From Candidatus Parcubacteria bacterium (GTDB lineage Bacteria > Patescibacteriota > Patescibacteriia > Patescibacteriales > UBA12465): 64,000 nucleotides of DNA. Positions 18,656 to 27,467 of the stretch are shown here, one piece after another (the stretch's first letter is position 1; every line of letters begins with the position of its first letter). The notes beneath the pieces were generated by a model. It worked only from the letters and a program-made list of their open reading frames with translations, did not search any database and was not told where the DNA came from. Both the position numbers and the translations under genes were made by a program. The stretch covers positions 2,000 through 65,999 of the forward strand of contig JAEZRQ010000001.1 in NCBI GenBank assembly GCA_023444045.1, given 5' to 3'.

Positions 18656-19337
18656 AAGCGGCTACTGCTCTAGACGAGCCGCTGAAGATTTAATTAAACG
18701 CGGACAAGTAAAATTAAATAATATTTTAGCTAAACCAGGTGATATGGCTGATGAAAATGACCAAATAAAAGTCAGAGGTAAAATATTAAATGGTCCTCAA
18801 GAAAAAGTTTATCTCAAAATGAATAAACCGGTTGGTTATACTTGTACTAACCGGGAGTTTAAGAATGAAAAAAATATTTTTACTCTGGCTGGCAAACTAC
18901 CTAAAGGAGTTTTTACTGTTGGACGACTAGATAAAAATAGCCGCGGCTTAATTTTAATTACTAATGATGGCGACCTTAATCTTAAACTAACACATCCTCG
19001 CCTAGGACACGAGAAAGTTTATGAAGTAAAAATAAACCAAGAAACTGATGAAAAATTGGCTCTAAAAATAAAAAATAATTTTCTCAAAGGAATTCCTTTT
19101 GATTTAGAGGAGGGGATTGCCAGGGCTAAAAGAGTGGATCATTTAGGAGGCAATCAATTTAAGATAGTCTTAACCGAAGGTAAAAAACGTCAGATTAGAA
19201 GAATGTTTGAAGCTTTAAAAATTAGAGTAGCAGATCTTAAAAGAGTTAGTTTTGCTGGGGTAGAACTGGATAGATTAGCCGAGGGCAAATGGGGAAAATT
19301 AACTAAAAATGAAATTGAAAGACTAAAAAAATTATAA
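18624..19337 (+). CDS. RsuA/RluB-family pseudouridine synthase with an S4 domain
   Basis: S4 domain (SRRAAEDLIKRGQVKLNN) and catalytic GRLDKNSRGLILITNDG motif. Confidence 0.88.
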   Translation: MKKILQKIIAESGYCSRRAAEDLIKRGQVKLNNILAKPGDMADENDQIKVRGKILNGPQEKVYLKMNKPVGYTCTNREFKNEKNIFTLAGKLPKGVFTVGRLDKNSRGLILITNDGDLNLKLTHPRLGHEKVYEVKINQETDEKLALKIKNNFLKGIPFDLEEGIARAKRVDHLGGNQFKIVLTEGKKRQIRRMFEALKIRVADLKRVSFAGVELDRLAEGKWGKLTKNEIERLKKL

Positions 19338-19349
19338 TAAGATGAAACT

Positions 19350-19440
19350 GGAGGAGTCGCATAGCCCGGTTGATTGCGCCGCATTCGAAACGCGGTATAC
19401 CTGTCACAAGGTATCAAGGGTTCAAATCCCTTCTCCTCCG
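19350..19440 (+). tRNA. tRNA-Ser (anticodon CGA), class II with long variable arm
   Basis: Acceptor GGAGGAG/CTCCTCC, anticodon loop TTCGAAA (with an A31-C39 mismatch), variable arm ATACCT-GTCACA-AGGTAT, T arm AAGGGTTCAAATCCCTT. Confidence 0.85.
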
Positions 19441-19571
19441 CATCAAAAAATAAGCTATTATTAGCTTATTTTTGTTGAATAGAACATGAAAAGTATTACT
19501 AAATAATCATATATTTTAGCTACTGTTTATATAAAGAATAGTAGTTCAAAGTAAGTCGTTTTATCTGATAA

Positions 19572-19600
19572 TTGACATATTTAATAAAATATGCTATAAT
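19572..19600 (+). promoter_or_regulatory. Perfect consensus extended -10 promoter
   Basis: TTGACA (19572-19577), 17-nt spacer, TGcTATAAT (TATAAT at 19595-19600). Confidence 0.75.
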
Positions 19601-19722
19601 TTAACCATTAAAACAGAACATTTACAAATAAGGTTAGATTTGATTAATTACCAAGTTTGTCTAGAAATAGGCGAATTTAGCAATTAACCAAATTACTAAT
19701 CTTAAAAAAATTAATATTAATT

Positions 19723-19983
19723 ATGGATCTTTTTGTGCCGAACTCAAATGCAAAAAAAACACGCTCTCTTCGCAAGAAGATTGAAGATGTTTTTTTGTTG
19801 TTAATTGTTATACCATTGTTGCTTGCCGCTGCAATGTTCGTCGCCTCTTCTATTGTAAGTCTTTTCAGCTTTAAGCTTGAATTGGTTTTTGAAACAATAG
19901 CATTCATTCTGACAAGCTTGTCACTTTCATCATTATTTTTAAGAACAATTTTTGACATGACAGACTTATTATTTAAAAAATAG
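19723..19983 (+). CDS. Small two-TM membrane protein (hypothetical)
   Basis: 86-aa ORF with two hydrophobic helices, bracketed by the consensus promoter at 19572 and a + strand terminator at 20001. No SD is seen. It is fully overlapped by an antisense 93-aa ORF (19677-19958). Confidence 0.45.
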   Translation: MDLFVPNSNAKKTRSLRKKIEDVFLLLIVIPLLLAAAMFVASSIVSLFSFKLELVFETIAFILTSLSLSSLFLRTIFDMTDLLFKK

Positions 19984-20000
19984 GATGTTGATGATCTTAA

Positions 20001-20031
20001 GGAAGTTCAAAACAACGAACTTCCTTTTTTA
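20001..20031 (+). terminator. Intrinsic terminator
   Basis: ggaagttc-aaaacaac-gaacttcc followed by tttttta. Confidence 0.8.
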
Positions 20032-20049
20032 TTTGCCTAAAGTCATTAA

Positions 20050-20076
20050 AACTGCGTCCCTCTCTCTCCGCAGATT
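20050..20076 (+). repeat. C-rich intergenic element, copy 1
   Basis: aactgcgtccctctctctccgcagatt. About 70% identical by eye to copy 2 over 27 nt. Confidence 0.5.
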
Positions 20077-20129
20077 TATAAAATAGCAATAAAATACTAT
20101 TCTTATTTTATATTAATTAATCTAAAATT

Positions 20130-20807
20130 ATGAAAATAGTTTTTTTAACTTCCGTTCTACTCTCAGTTTTAGTCTTTTCTGGTTGTTCAATACAAAATAG
20201 TAATCCGGCAAGAATTAATAGTAACGGAATGGGTGGTGATATTACTGATTTGCGACAAGAGACTAACAACATATCAGAAAGCGAGCCACAAAACAAAGAA
20301 ATTAGTATTAACTACGGTTTTCTTGTTGATAATGTTGATTCTCTTACAGATTGTAATTTTTGGAAAGATAAAAAATTTGGAAAAGTTGATTCATATGAGA
20401 TTAAAACGTCACCCAAAGATGCGGCCGGCAGCCTTGTTCTCAAGGGGAGGGTTGTGCAACGTGTTAAAGATGCCGCTTTTTCTGATAACGGAGAACAAGT
20501 AACCCAAGCTTATTTAGTCTTTGATAACCCAATCAATGATGAACAGAAAATATATTATGACCATTACTCAGAACTTGCTGGTAGAAATGGGGTGAATACT
20601 GTTGATAATCAAAAACTATTTTTTAGTTTAGGGGTCATAGAAAACTCTGAATTAAAAACTAGTGCTAATATTTCTGAAAAAATCAAGAATCATATAGTGT
20701 CATCTATTGATAAAGATAATTTAGTGCAATTAAAACTAACCATCCCTATTTATCGAGGAACTGGAGTTACTGATTATTTTAGTTTTGCATGTGATATTTC
20801 AGAATAA
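20130..20807 (+). CDS. Lipoprotein, function unknown
   Basis: Signal peptide with lipobox VFSGC. No recognisable domain. Confidence 0.7.
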   Translation: MKIVFLTSVLLSVLVFSGCSIQNSNPARINSNGMGGDITDLRQETNNISESEPQNKEISINYGFLVDNVDSLTDCNFWKDKKFGKVDSYEIKTSPKDAAGSLVLKGRVVQRVKDAAFSDNGEQVTQAYLVFDNPINDEQKIYYDHYSELAGRNGVNTVDNQKLFFSLGVIENSELKTSANISEKIKNHIVSSIDKDNLVQLKLTIPIYRGTGVTDYFSFACDISE

Positions 20808-20835
20808 CATAAAAAATTACCATTAACCAATAAAA

Positions 20836-20869
20836 CCACTCCAACTACGTCCCATCCTCTCCGCCAAAT
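20836..20869 (+). repeat. C-rich intergenic element, copy 2
   Basis: ccactccaactacgtcccatcctctccgccaaat, immediately followed by the hairpin aaatagccc-taaata-ggggctattt. Confidence 0.5.
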
Positions 20870-20960
20870 TATAAATAGCCCTAAATAGGGGCTATTTTAA
20901 ATTAGTAATTTTTTACTTTAAAGCTATGTGTTATAATATTAGCGTAATATTATTAATTTT

Positions 20961-21731
20961 ATGATTATCATTATTGTTTCATTATTACTTGTTTTAGGTT
21001 TATTATTTAATGCTCTAATTTTAAATTGGGTTGCTAAAAAGTTTAAAGCACAAGATGCCACTTACGGGAAAGCCATAAAAATTTCATTAATTGAGTGGTT
21101 GGCTGATATCTTGATTGGGGTTATTGTAGGTATAATCTGGACTAACTCAATAGGCAACATAATCGCCTGGGCTTTAGGTTTTGTTGTCTTTAATTTATTA
21201 TGCAAAAAAATATATTTGACTAAAATAAAACAAAATATATTTATATATTTAGTTATGAGTTTGGTGGTAACGCTTATCTCTTTAATAATCAGAACTTTCA
21301 TCATCCAACCGTTCTATATTTCTGGAACAGCTATGAGTCCTACCTTAAATAATAATGATTATATAATCATAAAAATGTTTAATAAAAGCTATGAAAGGGG
21401 TGATATTATAATTCACAAAGATTTAAAAGGAAATAAGGATATTTTTTTAAAAAGAATTATTGGATTACCGGGCGAAAAAATACAGATAAAGGGTGGGGTG
21501 GTCTATATTTATAGCAATTTACTTCCTTCTGGTCAGATTCTTAATGAACCCTATCTACTTTCTGGATTGAAGACTTTTTCCTCTGATGAAAATATTATTA
21601 CGCTAGGAGATGATCAGTATTACGTTCTTGGTGATAATAGGGAAAACAGTAAGGATTCAAGGTTTTATGGTGTGGTTGATGAAAAATTGATTATCGGTAA
21701 GTATTGGTTCATGGGGGTTAGAAATAAATAA
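20961..21731 (+). CDS. lepB: Signal peptidase I with an extended multi-TM N-terminus
   Basis: SGTAMSPTL (catalytic Ser box), KRIIGLPGEKI (Lys box) and YYVLGDNRENSKDSRFYG. Confidence 0.88.
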   Translation: MIIIIVSLLLVLGLLFNALILNWVAKKFKAQDATYGKAIKISLIEWLADILIGVIVGIIWTNSIGNIIAWALGFVVFNLLCKKIYLTKIKQNIFIYLVMSLVVTLISLIIRTFIIQPFYISGTAMSPTLNNNDYIIIKMFNKSYERGDIIIHKDLKGNKDIFLKRIIGLPGEKIQIKGGVVYIYSNLLPSGQILNEPYLLSGLKTFSSDENIITLGDDQYYVLGDNRENSKDSRFYGVVDEKLIIGKYWFMGVRNK

Positions 21732-21760
21732 AATCAACAAGCCCCAGTTAATAAAAAACT

Positions 21761-21943
21761 ATGATTAAAACACTAAAGCCAAAAAGAGAAGACTTAATTA
21801 ATGTAATGGTGGGCGATCTTCAGAGAATAAAAATTTATCCAAAAAAGGGATTTCAAATACACCAAGAAATACCTAAAGATGTTTGGAGTGCTTACGAGGG
21901 CCTTGTTGAACTTGGTTATATTGCGCATATGATAAAGGAATAA
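21761..21943 (+). CDS. Hypothetical protein (60 aa)
   Basis: ORF only; no motif recognised. Confidence 0.3.
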   Translation: MIKTLKPKREDLINVMVGDLQRIKIYPKKGFQIHQEIPKDVWSAYEGLVELGYIAHMIKE

Positions 21944-21973
21944 ATTTCTGCATAACCACTTTTTTATAAATTA

Positions 21974-22561
21974 ATGATTCATCTAAAAATGGACGAGGAA
22001 ATACATTATTGTCAGGAAATAGATTCTAAGCCATTGTCATTTTTCTTTCAAAAAGGGGAAGCTACAACTGGCAAGAAAATTTTAATCCTGGGTGAGTCTT
22101 TGGCCAAAAATGATTGGATCAAATCCGGCCGGGCTTTTTACGGAATAAACGGAAAGATTGCCCCCAGCGGTAAGCGTTTAAATGAGGAGTTATCTTTGCT
22201 TAATCTTTCTTTAGATCAATGCGCTATCACCGAAATTGCTAAATGTTATCTTGGTAGTAACAGAAAACAATTATTAAACTGCGGCTTACTTTGCGGCACA
22301 CATTTCATTAAACAAATAAAAAACTTTAAAATAGAATTAGTTCTGTCTTTAGGGATGAGCACAAAAGAAGTTTTACAAAGAATATTTAATACCAATCTTC
22401 CAATAGGAAAAATTACCGAATTAACTTTTAAAAATAAAAAATATTACTTTCTGCCGCTATACCACCCATCACCAGCCAACCCAACTGGACACAAAAAGAA
22501 TATAGAAATTATTACTAACAACAAAAAAGTAATAAATAAAATTTTAAAATCTAACTCTTAA
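21974..22561 (+). CDS. Uracil-DNA glycosylase superfamily protein (family 4/5-like)
   Basis: Motif A-like ILILGESLA and motif B-like LYHPSPANP at the expected spacing. Confidence 0.55.
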   Translation: MIHLKMDEEIHYCQEIDSKPLSFFFQKGEATTGKKILILGESLAKNDWIKSGRAFYGINGKIAPSGKRLNEELSLLNLSLDQCAITEIAKCYLGSNRKQLLNCGLLCGTHFIKQIKNFKIELVLSLGMSTKEVLQRIFNTNLPIGKITELTFKNKKYYFLPLYHPSPANPTGHKKNIEIITNNKKVINKILKSNS

Positions 22562-22568
22562 ATTCTCT

Positions 22569-22793
22569 ATGGAGATAGTATTATTTATTGCTTTAATAAT
22601 TGCCATCTTAAGCTTAATCACGATTAAAAAACAAGAGTGTCTTCGCGGCGCTCGTTTTAGTAAGAGAAGATATTATAAGAAAAACAGCTCAAGGGAATAT
22701 CTGGAAAAAGTAAAAGAAGCCACTAAGAAAAGATTTGAAGAGGAAAGCAAAAACCAAGAATATAAAAATAACATTAAAAATAATTATTTATAA
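22569..22793 (+). CDS. Hypothetical N-terminally anchored basic protein
   Basis: One TM helix followed by a K/R/E-rich tail. Confidence 0.35.
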   Translation: MEIVLFIALIIAILSLITIKKQECLRGARFSKRRYYKKNSSREYLEKVKEATKKRFEEESKNQEYKNNIKNNYL

Positions 22794-22798
22794 TTTTT

Positions 22799-22993
22799 TT
22801 AATCTTCAAGAATAAATAAATCCTCTATCTTCACCCCCAGACTCTTAGCAATATTATAAGCTAAGTTGAGTGAGGGGTTATATTTACCTTGCTCTAAGAA
22901 AACAATTGTTTCTCGCCTAACACCAGCCGTTTTAGCCAGATCCTCTTGGGTAAGTCCTAGTTTAAGGCGATTTTCTTTAATCTTATTATTCAT
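22799..22993 (-). CDS. XRE-family helix-turn-helix transcriptional regulator
   Basis: [34 protein letters not shown], a classic Cro/C1 HTH. It is coupled to the upstream membrane protein with a 2-nt gap. Confidence 0.88.
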   Translation of the reverse strand: MNNKIKENRLKLGLTQEDLAKTAGVRRETIVFLEQGKYNPSLNLAYNIAKSLGVKIEDLFILED

Positions 22994-22995
22994 GG

Positions 22996-23400
22996 CTATT
23001 TTTTAATTTTATTATAAATCTTAAAGATAATTGCATAAAGAAAAAACAAACCTAAAATAGAAAACGACAGGGTAGAGGCAATTATTTCAAAATTAGGATT
23101 CATTTGTTTTAGGTAATACAATAAAAACATTGTTAGCACCCCTAACCAGCCAAAGATTTGAATAGCCAGTAGAGCTGCTTTGCCGCCAAGATAATAATCT
23201 CTTTCATCGGCAATTACTTCTTTAACCCGCCCCCTTAAAAACCACAACACTAAAGAAGCGACAATAACTAGAAGGATTGGCCAAAGGTAACTTTCCTTAG
23301 TTATTAGCTGACTAATAAGCATTGCCAGTACAAAGGTAATTAATAAACGAACTTTTTGATAGGTTTTAAGTGTCATATTTTTGTTAGAATTAATTAACAT
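22996..23400 (-). CDS. Four-TM membrane protein (DUF2178-like partner of small XRE regulators)
   Basis: Topology and gene pairing with the XRE regulator. The family name is from memory and was not searched. Confidence 0.5.
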   Translation of the reverse strand: MLINSNKNMTLKTYQKVRLLITFVLAMLISQLITKESYLWPILLVIVASLVLWFLRGRVKEVIADERDYYLGGKAALLAIQIFGWLGVLTMFLLYYLKQMNPNFEIIASTLSFSILGLFFLYAIIFKIYNKIKK

Positions 23401-23460
23401 ATTCTTATGTTATATTATTCTAACATTAATGTCAAGAAAAAACAGATATAAATCTGTTTT

Positions 23461-23495
23461 ATTTGGCGTAGAGTGGCGGAGTGTAGCTGGAGCGG
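23461..23495 (-). repeat. C-rich intergenic element, copy 3 (inverted orientation)
   Basis: The reverse complement ccgctccagctacactccgccactctacgccaaat aligns to copy 2 at ~74% by eye. On that strand it is followed by the hairpin aacagat-ttat-atctgtt. Confidence 0.5.
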
Positions 23496-23597
23496 CGCTG
23501 TACAGAGAGTAATCGTCTTATTAACTATTGTGGCTAAGAATTTTAAAATCTGTTACTATTTTATTTATACTATGCCTTATTTATTAAGATTTAAAAT

Positions 23598-24155
23598 ATG
23601 AGAAAGCTAAGACTTTTAGTAATTGTAATTATTTTTACAGTTGGCATTTCCGGATGTTCTTTACAGCCAGAAGCGCCGATAACATTACCGCCCAATTTAA
23701 ATAAAGAGGAGCCTAAACTGCTTTTAGAAGAATGCTGTGGTACCGGCGAAAAATTTTGTAAAGACAACACTGATTATAAATACGAGGCTTGCCCAATTAA
23801 TTATGAGGAAGAATGTAAAGATAAGGGTGGTTATGTAGACAAAGAATTTAGCCTTGCGACTGGTTTAACAAACTTTTCCTGTTATGAATCAGCCCCTGAT
23901 ATAGGAGTGGCCTGCAAAAGCAACAACGAATGTTTTTATTCTTGTGATCTATACAATGGTATTAAAAATAATTTATGTAAATTGGAGGACACTGAAGAAG
24001 GTGAGGACTACACAACGGATACCTATAATTGCTCAACAGAAAAACCAGGTGTCTGCAGCCCTGCTCCAATAAATTACAACATAAACTGCGGTGGGCCAAA
24101 GTTTGAACTTAAGGGAAAAAAGCTAAAAATTATTAGAAACCACAACGATTGCTGA
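23598..24155 (+). CDS. Cysteine-rich lipoprotein, function unknown
   Basis: Lipobox ISGC, with about 17 further Cys in the mature part. Confidence 0.7.
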   Translation: MRKLRLLVIVIIFTVGISGCSLQPEAPITLPPNLNKEEPKLLLEECCGTGEKFCKDNTDYKYEACPINYEEECKDKGGYVDKEFSLATGLTNFSCYESAPDIGVACKSNNECFYSCDLYNGIKNNLCKLEDTEEGEDYTTDTYNCSTEKPGVCSPAPINYNINCGGPKFELKGKKLKIIRNHNDC

Positions 24156-24211
24156 TACAATACTAATTTAATCAAATAATAAAAAACAACGACTAAAAAT
24201 CGTTGTTTCTT

Positions 24212-24288
24212 TGGCGGAATGGACGGGACTCGAACCCGCGACCTCCTGCGTGACAGGCAGGCGTTCTAACCAACTGAACTACCACTCC
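24212..24288 (-). tRNA. tRNA-Asp (anticodon GUC), CCA encoded
   Basis: Acceptor GGAGTGG/CCATTCC, anticodon loop CTGTCAC, T arm GCGGGTTCGAGTCCCGT, 3' GCCA. Confidence 0.92.
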
Positions 24289-24454
24289 AATTATTTTAAA
24301 AATTGACCTCTTTTCCCTAAGTCAACAAGAAAATAATAGCAAACGGCCTATCACTTGTCAAACTCTTTTTTTTCCTGTATAATATTAATAAATGAAGCAA
24401 AATTTCCGCGAAAAAAAGCGGATTATTTTTTAAGTGAAAACTAAGAATAACCAT

Positions 24455-24838
24455 ATGGAAAAAGAACTAGATCAAGCAACAATTGAAAAAATTAAAACTG
24501 AGCTGATTGCTAAAAGAGATCAAATTATTGAGGACCTCAAAGACATGGCTAAACATGATGATCATGAGTCAGATGCTCTAGGGGCAAAGTTTCCAGAATA
24601 TGGCAGCAAGCCAGATGAAAACGCTCAAGAAATTAGTGACTACTCCACTACTTTAGCCACTGAAAAAGTTCTAGAAAAAACTCTAGAAGATATTGAGGGT
24701 GCTTTAAAAAGAATTGAGGAGGGTGCTTATGGTATTTGTAAATACTGCCATAAACCAATCAGCGCTAAACGCTTAATGGCTCGTCCAGTGGCTAGTGCTT
24801 GTATCACTTGTAAAACAGAGCTTCAAGAAAATGAATAA
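24455..24838 (+). CDS. DksA/TraR-family C4 zinc-finger protein
   Basis: CKYCHKPI...CITCK four-Cys finger after a coiled-coil region. An alternative GTG start lies at 24434. Confidence 0.85.
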   Translation: MEKELDQATIEKIKTELIAKRDQIIEDLKDMAKHDDHESDALGAKFPEYGSKPDENAQEISDYSTTLATEKVLEKTLEDIEGALKRIEEGAYGICKYCHKPISAKRLMARPVASACITCKTELQENE

Positions 24839-25289
24839 AAAAATATCAAAAACATTGATAGAAAATATAGCCGGGCCCTTTGCTCTGGCTATATTTTTTT
24901 TGTTAGATAGATATCTAAAACAACTAGCCCTAGAAAAAATAAGCTTCTCTATCTGGTTAGATTATTTTAACTTCAACTTTACACCTAATTATTATATTGC
25001 CTTTTCTCTACCAATTAGCGGCCCCTGGCTTACTTCTTTTATCGGACTAGTGATTACTATTTTAATAATTTATTATGCTATTAGCTACAATAAAAGCTCT
25101 CTATTAGAAAAAACCTGCCTTTTAGGAATTATTTTAGGAGCTTTAAGTAATTTTATTGATCGTTTAAAGTATGGTTTTGTGGTTGATTACTTGGATTTAA
25201 AATTATTTACTATATTCAATTTAGCCGATGTCTTAATAACCGTCGGATCACTACTACTTATATACAAACTACTAAAAAAAGAGTCCTAG
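24831..25289 (+). CDS. lspA: Lipoprotein signal peptidase (signal peptidase II)
   Basis: GALSNFIDR and FNLADVLITVG motifs and four TM segments. ATG 24831 overlaps the upstream stop. Confidence 0.88.
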   Translation: MNKKISKTLIENIAGPFALAIFFLLDRYLKQLALEKISFSIWLDYFNFNFTPNYYIAFSLPISGPWLTSFIGLVITILIIYYAISYNKSSLLEKTCLLGIILGALSNFIDRLKYGFVVDYLDLKLFTIFNLADVLITVGSLLLIYKLLKKES

Positions 25290-25297
25290 ACTCTTTT

Positions 25298-25714
25298 TTA
25301 ACAAACTTTTATCTGACGACCATCTTTAATAGTTTTTATCTCAATTTTTATTTTTTTCTTCGGCCAAATATCTTTCACTTTTTCAGCCCATTCAATTATC
25401 ACAACAAGGTTTTTTCTATTTAAATAATCATCTAACCCAATCATGGTTAAATCATGACCAGAGTCAAGGCGATAAGCATCAATATGACATAAGGATAATT
25501 TTTTACCCTCGTAAATTTTCATAATATTAAAAGTGGGGCTATTTACTTTAGTTTTAACTCCTAACCCCTTAGCGATCCCCTGAGAAAGACAAGTTTTTCC
25601 AGCCCCCAAATCCCCAAGCAATAAAAAAACTTCGCCACCAACACAGCTGGCGCCAATTTCTTTACCCAAAGAAATAGTCTCTTCAGCATTACTTGTTTTA
25701 AACTTTTGTATCAT
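25298..25714 (-). CDS. tsaE: tRNA threonylcarbamoyladenosine biosynthesis ATPase TsaE
   Basis: LLGDLGAGKT P-loop, SPTFNI and HIDAYRL motifs. Confidence 0.9.
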   Translation of the reverse strand: MIQKFKTSNAEETISLGKEIGASCVGGEVFLLLGDLGAGKTCLSQGIAKGLGVKTKVNSPTFNIMKIYEGKKLSLCHIDAYRLDSGHDLTMIGLDDYLNRKNLVVIIEWAEKVKDIWPKKKIKIEIKTIKDGRQIKVC

Positions 25715-25788
25715 AAGATAATTTTAGAGACAAAATGCTAAGAAGTAAAGAAAAAACCGCTCGTTATTATAACAAGCGGTTCTTCATA

Positions 25789-26712
25789 TTACCAATAATA
25801 CCCATATAGCTCTCCTAATTCCATTGCATCATTCATAATTTCCTTAAAAACTTTCCTTCCTTTTTTAATCTTTCCTCTTCTTAATAAAGAAAGGCTGGTT
25901 CCGGTAGCAATCTGTCCGGCAATTTGTAAAACAGATAAACCAAAACTAATGCCAGCATTTCCAGTTTTATCTGATTGCTGAATCAAATTTATTCCCCAAC
26001 CAATTTCTGATTGAAGTTTAGAGATTTGTAAAATAGCTACCCCACAGCCAAAGAAAGAAAGATTTTTAGATTTCTGCAGAAAAGTCACTCCTAAAAGAAT
26101 CTCAGAGGAAACTCCTATTTGGAAAAGTGACACCCCAATTATCATACTGGGATGGAAAGCCTTCTGTATTAAAGACAATCCAAAACCAACATGAGAATCT
26201 TCTTTAGATAACTGGATTAATGATGCTCCAATAAATAAAAGCGATTCTAGACCACTTTTCTGATAGAGAGTGACTCCAAAAAATACTGAAGAAAAATCCT
26301 TCGCTTTTTGGTAGAGAGATACTCCCAAAAAAACAAAAACTTCTTTTCCAATTTGACAAAAACTCAGTCCAAAAGTCAGAGCTGGTAGCTTAGCTTTTTG
26401 ATAAGCAGAAACCCCGGCCACTATATTCGCGCTGTGTTTAGCTTTTTGATAAAAGGATAAACCGATAAAACCATAAGCACTTTCTTGAGCCCATTGAAAT
26501 AGCGGTATTAAAGAATAAATACTGCCATTATAATTTATTCCTCCCAGAATAGAAAAAATATTTTTTCTCTCGTCCTTCCAAGGAGAAAACAACAAAAACA
26601 AAGGAATAAACCAAGCAGCCTGAAGACTGAAGAGCAAAACACAAAATAAAGCAGCCAAAATGGCTAAAGAATAATTTACTAAAATCATTCTTCTTTTTAA
26701 TTTTCTTTTCAT
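25789..26712 (-). CDS. Membrane-anchored protein built from ~13 tandem 15-17 aa GxSxxQ repeats (orphan)
   Basis: N-terminal basic and TM region, then repeats such as GLSFYQKAKHSAN, GVSAYQKAKLPAL, GVSLYQKAKDFSS, GVTLYQKSGLESL, GASLIQLSKEDSH and GLSLIQKAFHPSM. A minus-strand terminator lies at ~25745-25775. Confidence 0.7.
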   Translation of the reverse strand: MKRKLKRRMILVNYSLAILAALFCVLLFSLQAAWFIPLFLLFSPWKDERKNIFSILGGINYNGSIYSLIPLFQWAQESAYGFIGLSFYQKAKHSANIVAGVSAYQKAKLPALTFGLSFCQIGKEVFVFLGVSLYQKAKDFSSVFFGVTLYQKSGLESLLFIGASLIQLSKEDSHVGFGLSLIQKAFHPSMIIGVSLFQIGVSSEILLGVTFLQKSKNLSFFGCGVAILQISKLQSEIGWGINLIQQSDKTGNAGISFGLSVLQIAGQIATGTSLSLLRRGKIKKGRKVFKEIMNDAMELGELYGYYW

Positions 26713-26821
26713 GGTGCCGCGTTTTAAGGGGTTATTATTAAAGACCTAATAAGCTAATTTAAGTACATAATTAAATTTATGTCAAACAAAAAACAGGTTA
26801 TTAACCTGTCTCTTGATAGGG

Positions 26822-26895
26822 TGGGCGCACAAGGATTCGAACCCTGGACCCCTTCGGTGTAAACGAAGTGCTCTAACCAGCTGAGCTATGCGCCC
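26822..26895 (-). tRNA. tRNA-Val (anticodon UAC)
   Basis: Acceptor GGGCGCA/TGCGCCC, anticodon loop TTTACAC, T arm CCAGGGTTCGAATCCTTG. A minus-strand terminator hairpin lies at ~26788-26812. Confidence 0.92.
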
Positions 26896-26929
26896 TTAAA
26901 GGCAGAAATACTGCCATATTTTGGCTCGG

Positions 26930-27013
26930 TGGGCGAAAGAGGATTTGAACCTCCACGGCCTTGCGGCCACAAGCCCCTCAAGCTTGCGTGTCTACCAATT
27001 TCACCATCCGCCC
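26930..27013 (-). tRNA. tRNA-Leu (anticodon GAG), class II
   Basis: Acceptor GGGCGGA/TTCGCCC, anticodon loop TTGAGGG, long variable arm, T arm GGAGGTTCAAATCCTCT. Confidence 0.9.
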
Positions 27014-27028
27014 AAAATCGCTAAATAA

Positions 27029-27388
27029 TTAGCGAACAACGGTCTCTTTTAATCTCTTTTTATAAGTTCCTTTTAAGAAATTTAACTTTGCTCTCTTTAC
27101 GGCTGCTTTTTTCTTAATCTCAACCTTAGTAATTGTTGGTAAATTTAAAGGGAAAATTTTCTCAACACCAACACCATCAGAAACCTTGCGTACAGTAATA
27201 GTAGCCCCAATTTCCTTGCGATGTTTTCTAGCAATAATAATACCCTCAAAATACTGAACTCTTTCTTTTTCTTCACCCTTAGAATTAAGTTCTTTAATTT
27301 TTTGATAAACTCTAACAGTTAAGCCTGGTTTAAGATCCATTTCTTTATCAGCAACTGTCTCGGCTAGAGTAGCTTTTTTTTCTTCCAT
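27029..27388 (-). CDS. rplS: 50S ribosomal protein L19
   Basis: PGLTVRVYQKIKE...ERVQYFEGIIIARKH...TITVRK...GVEKIFPL. Confidence 0.92.
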   Translation of the reverse strand: MEEKKATLAETVADKEMDLKPGLTVRVYQKIKELNSKGEEKERVQYFEGIIIARKHRKEIGATITVRKVSDGVGVEKIFPLNLPTITKVEIKKKAAVKRAKLNFLKGTYKKRLKETVVR

Positions 27389-27467
27389 ATTAGTAAAAAA
27401 TTCACAAACGAGGCCCTAAAGTCTCGTTTACCTTTATAAATATTTTTAGTCTTGTTCTATATTATAA

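Noticed and set aside
20233-20502. 89-aa ORF nested in another frame of the lipoprotein gene
   Set aside because: It is a same-strand alternative frame without a start context. The lipoprotein frame has a signal peptide and lipobox.
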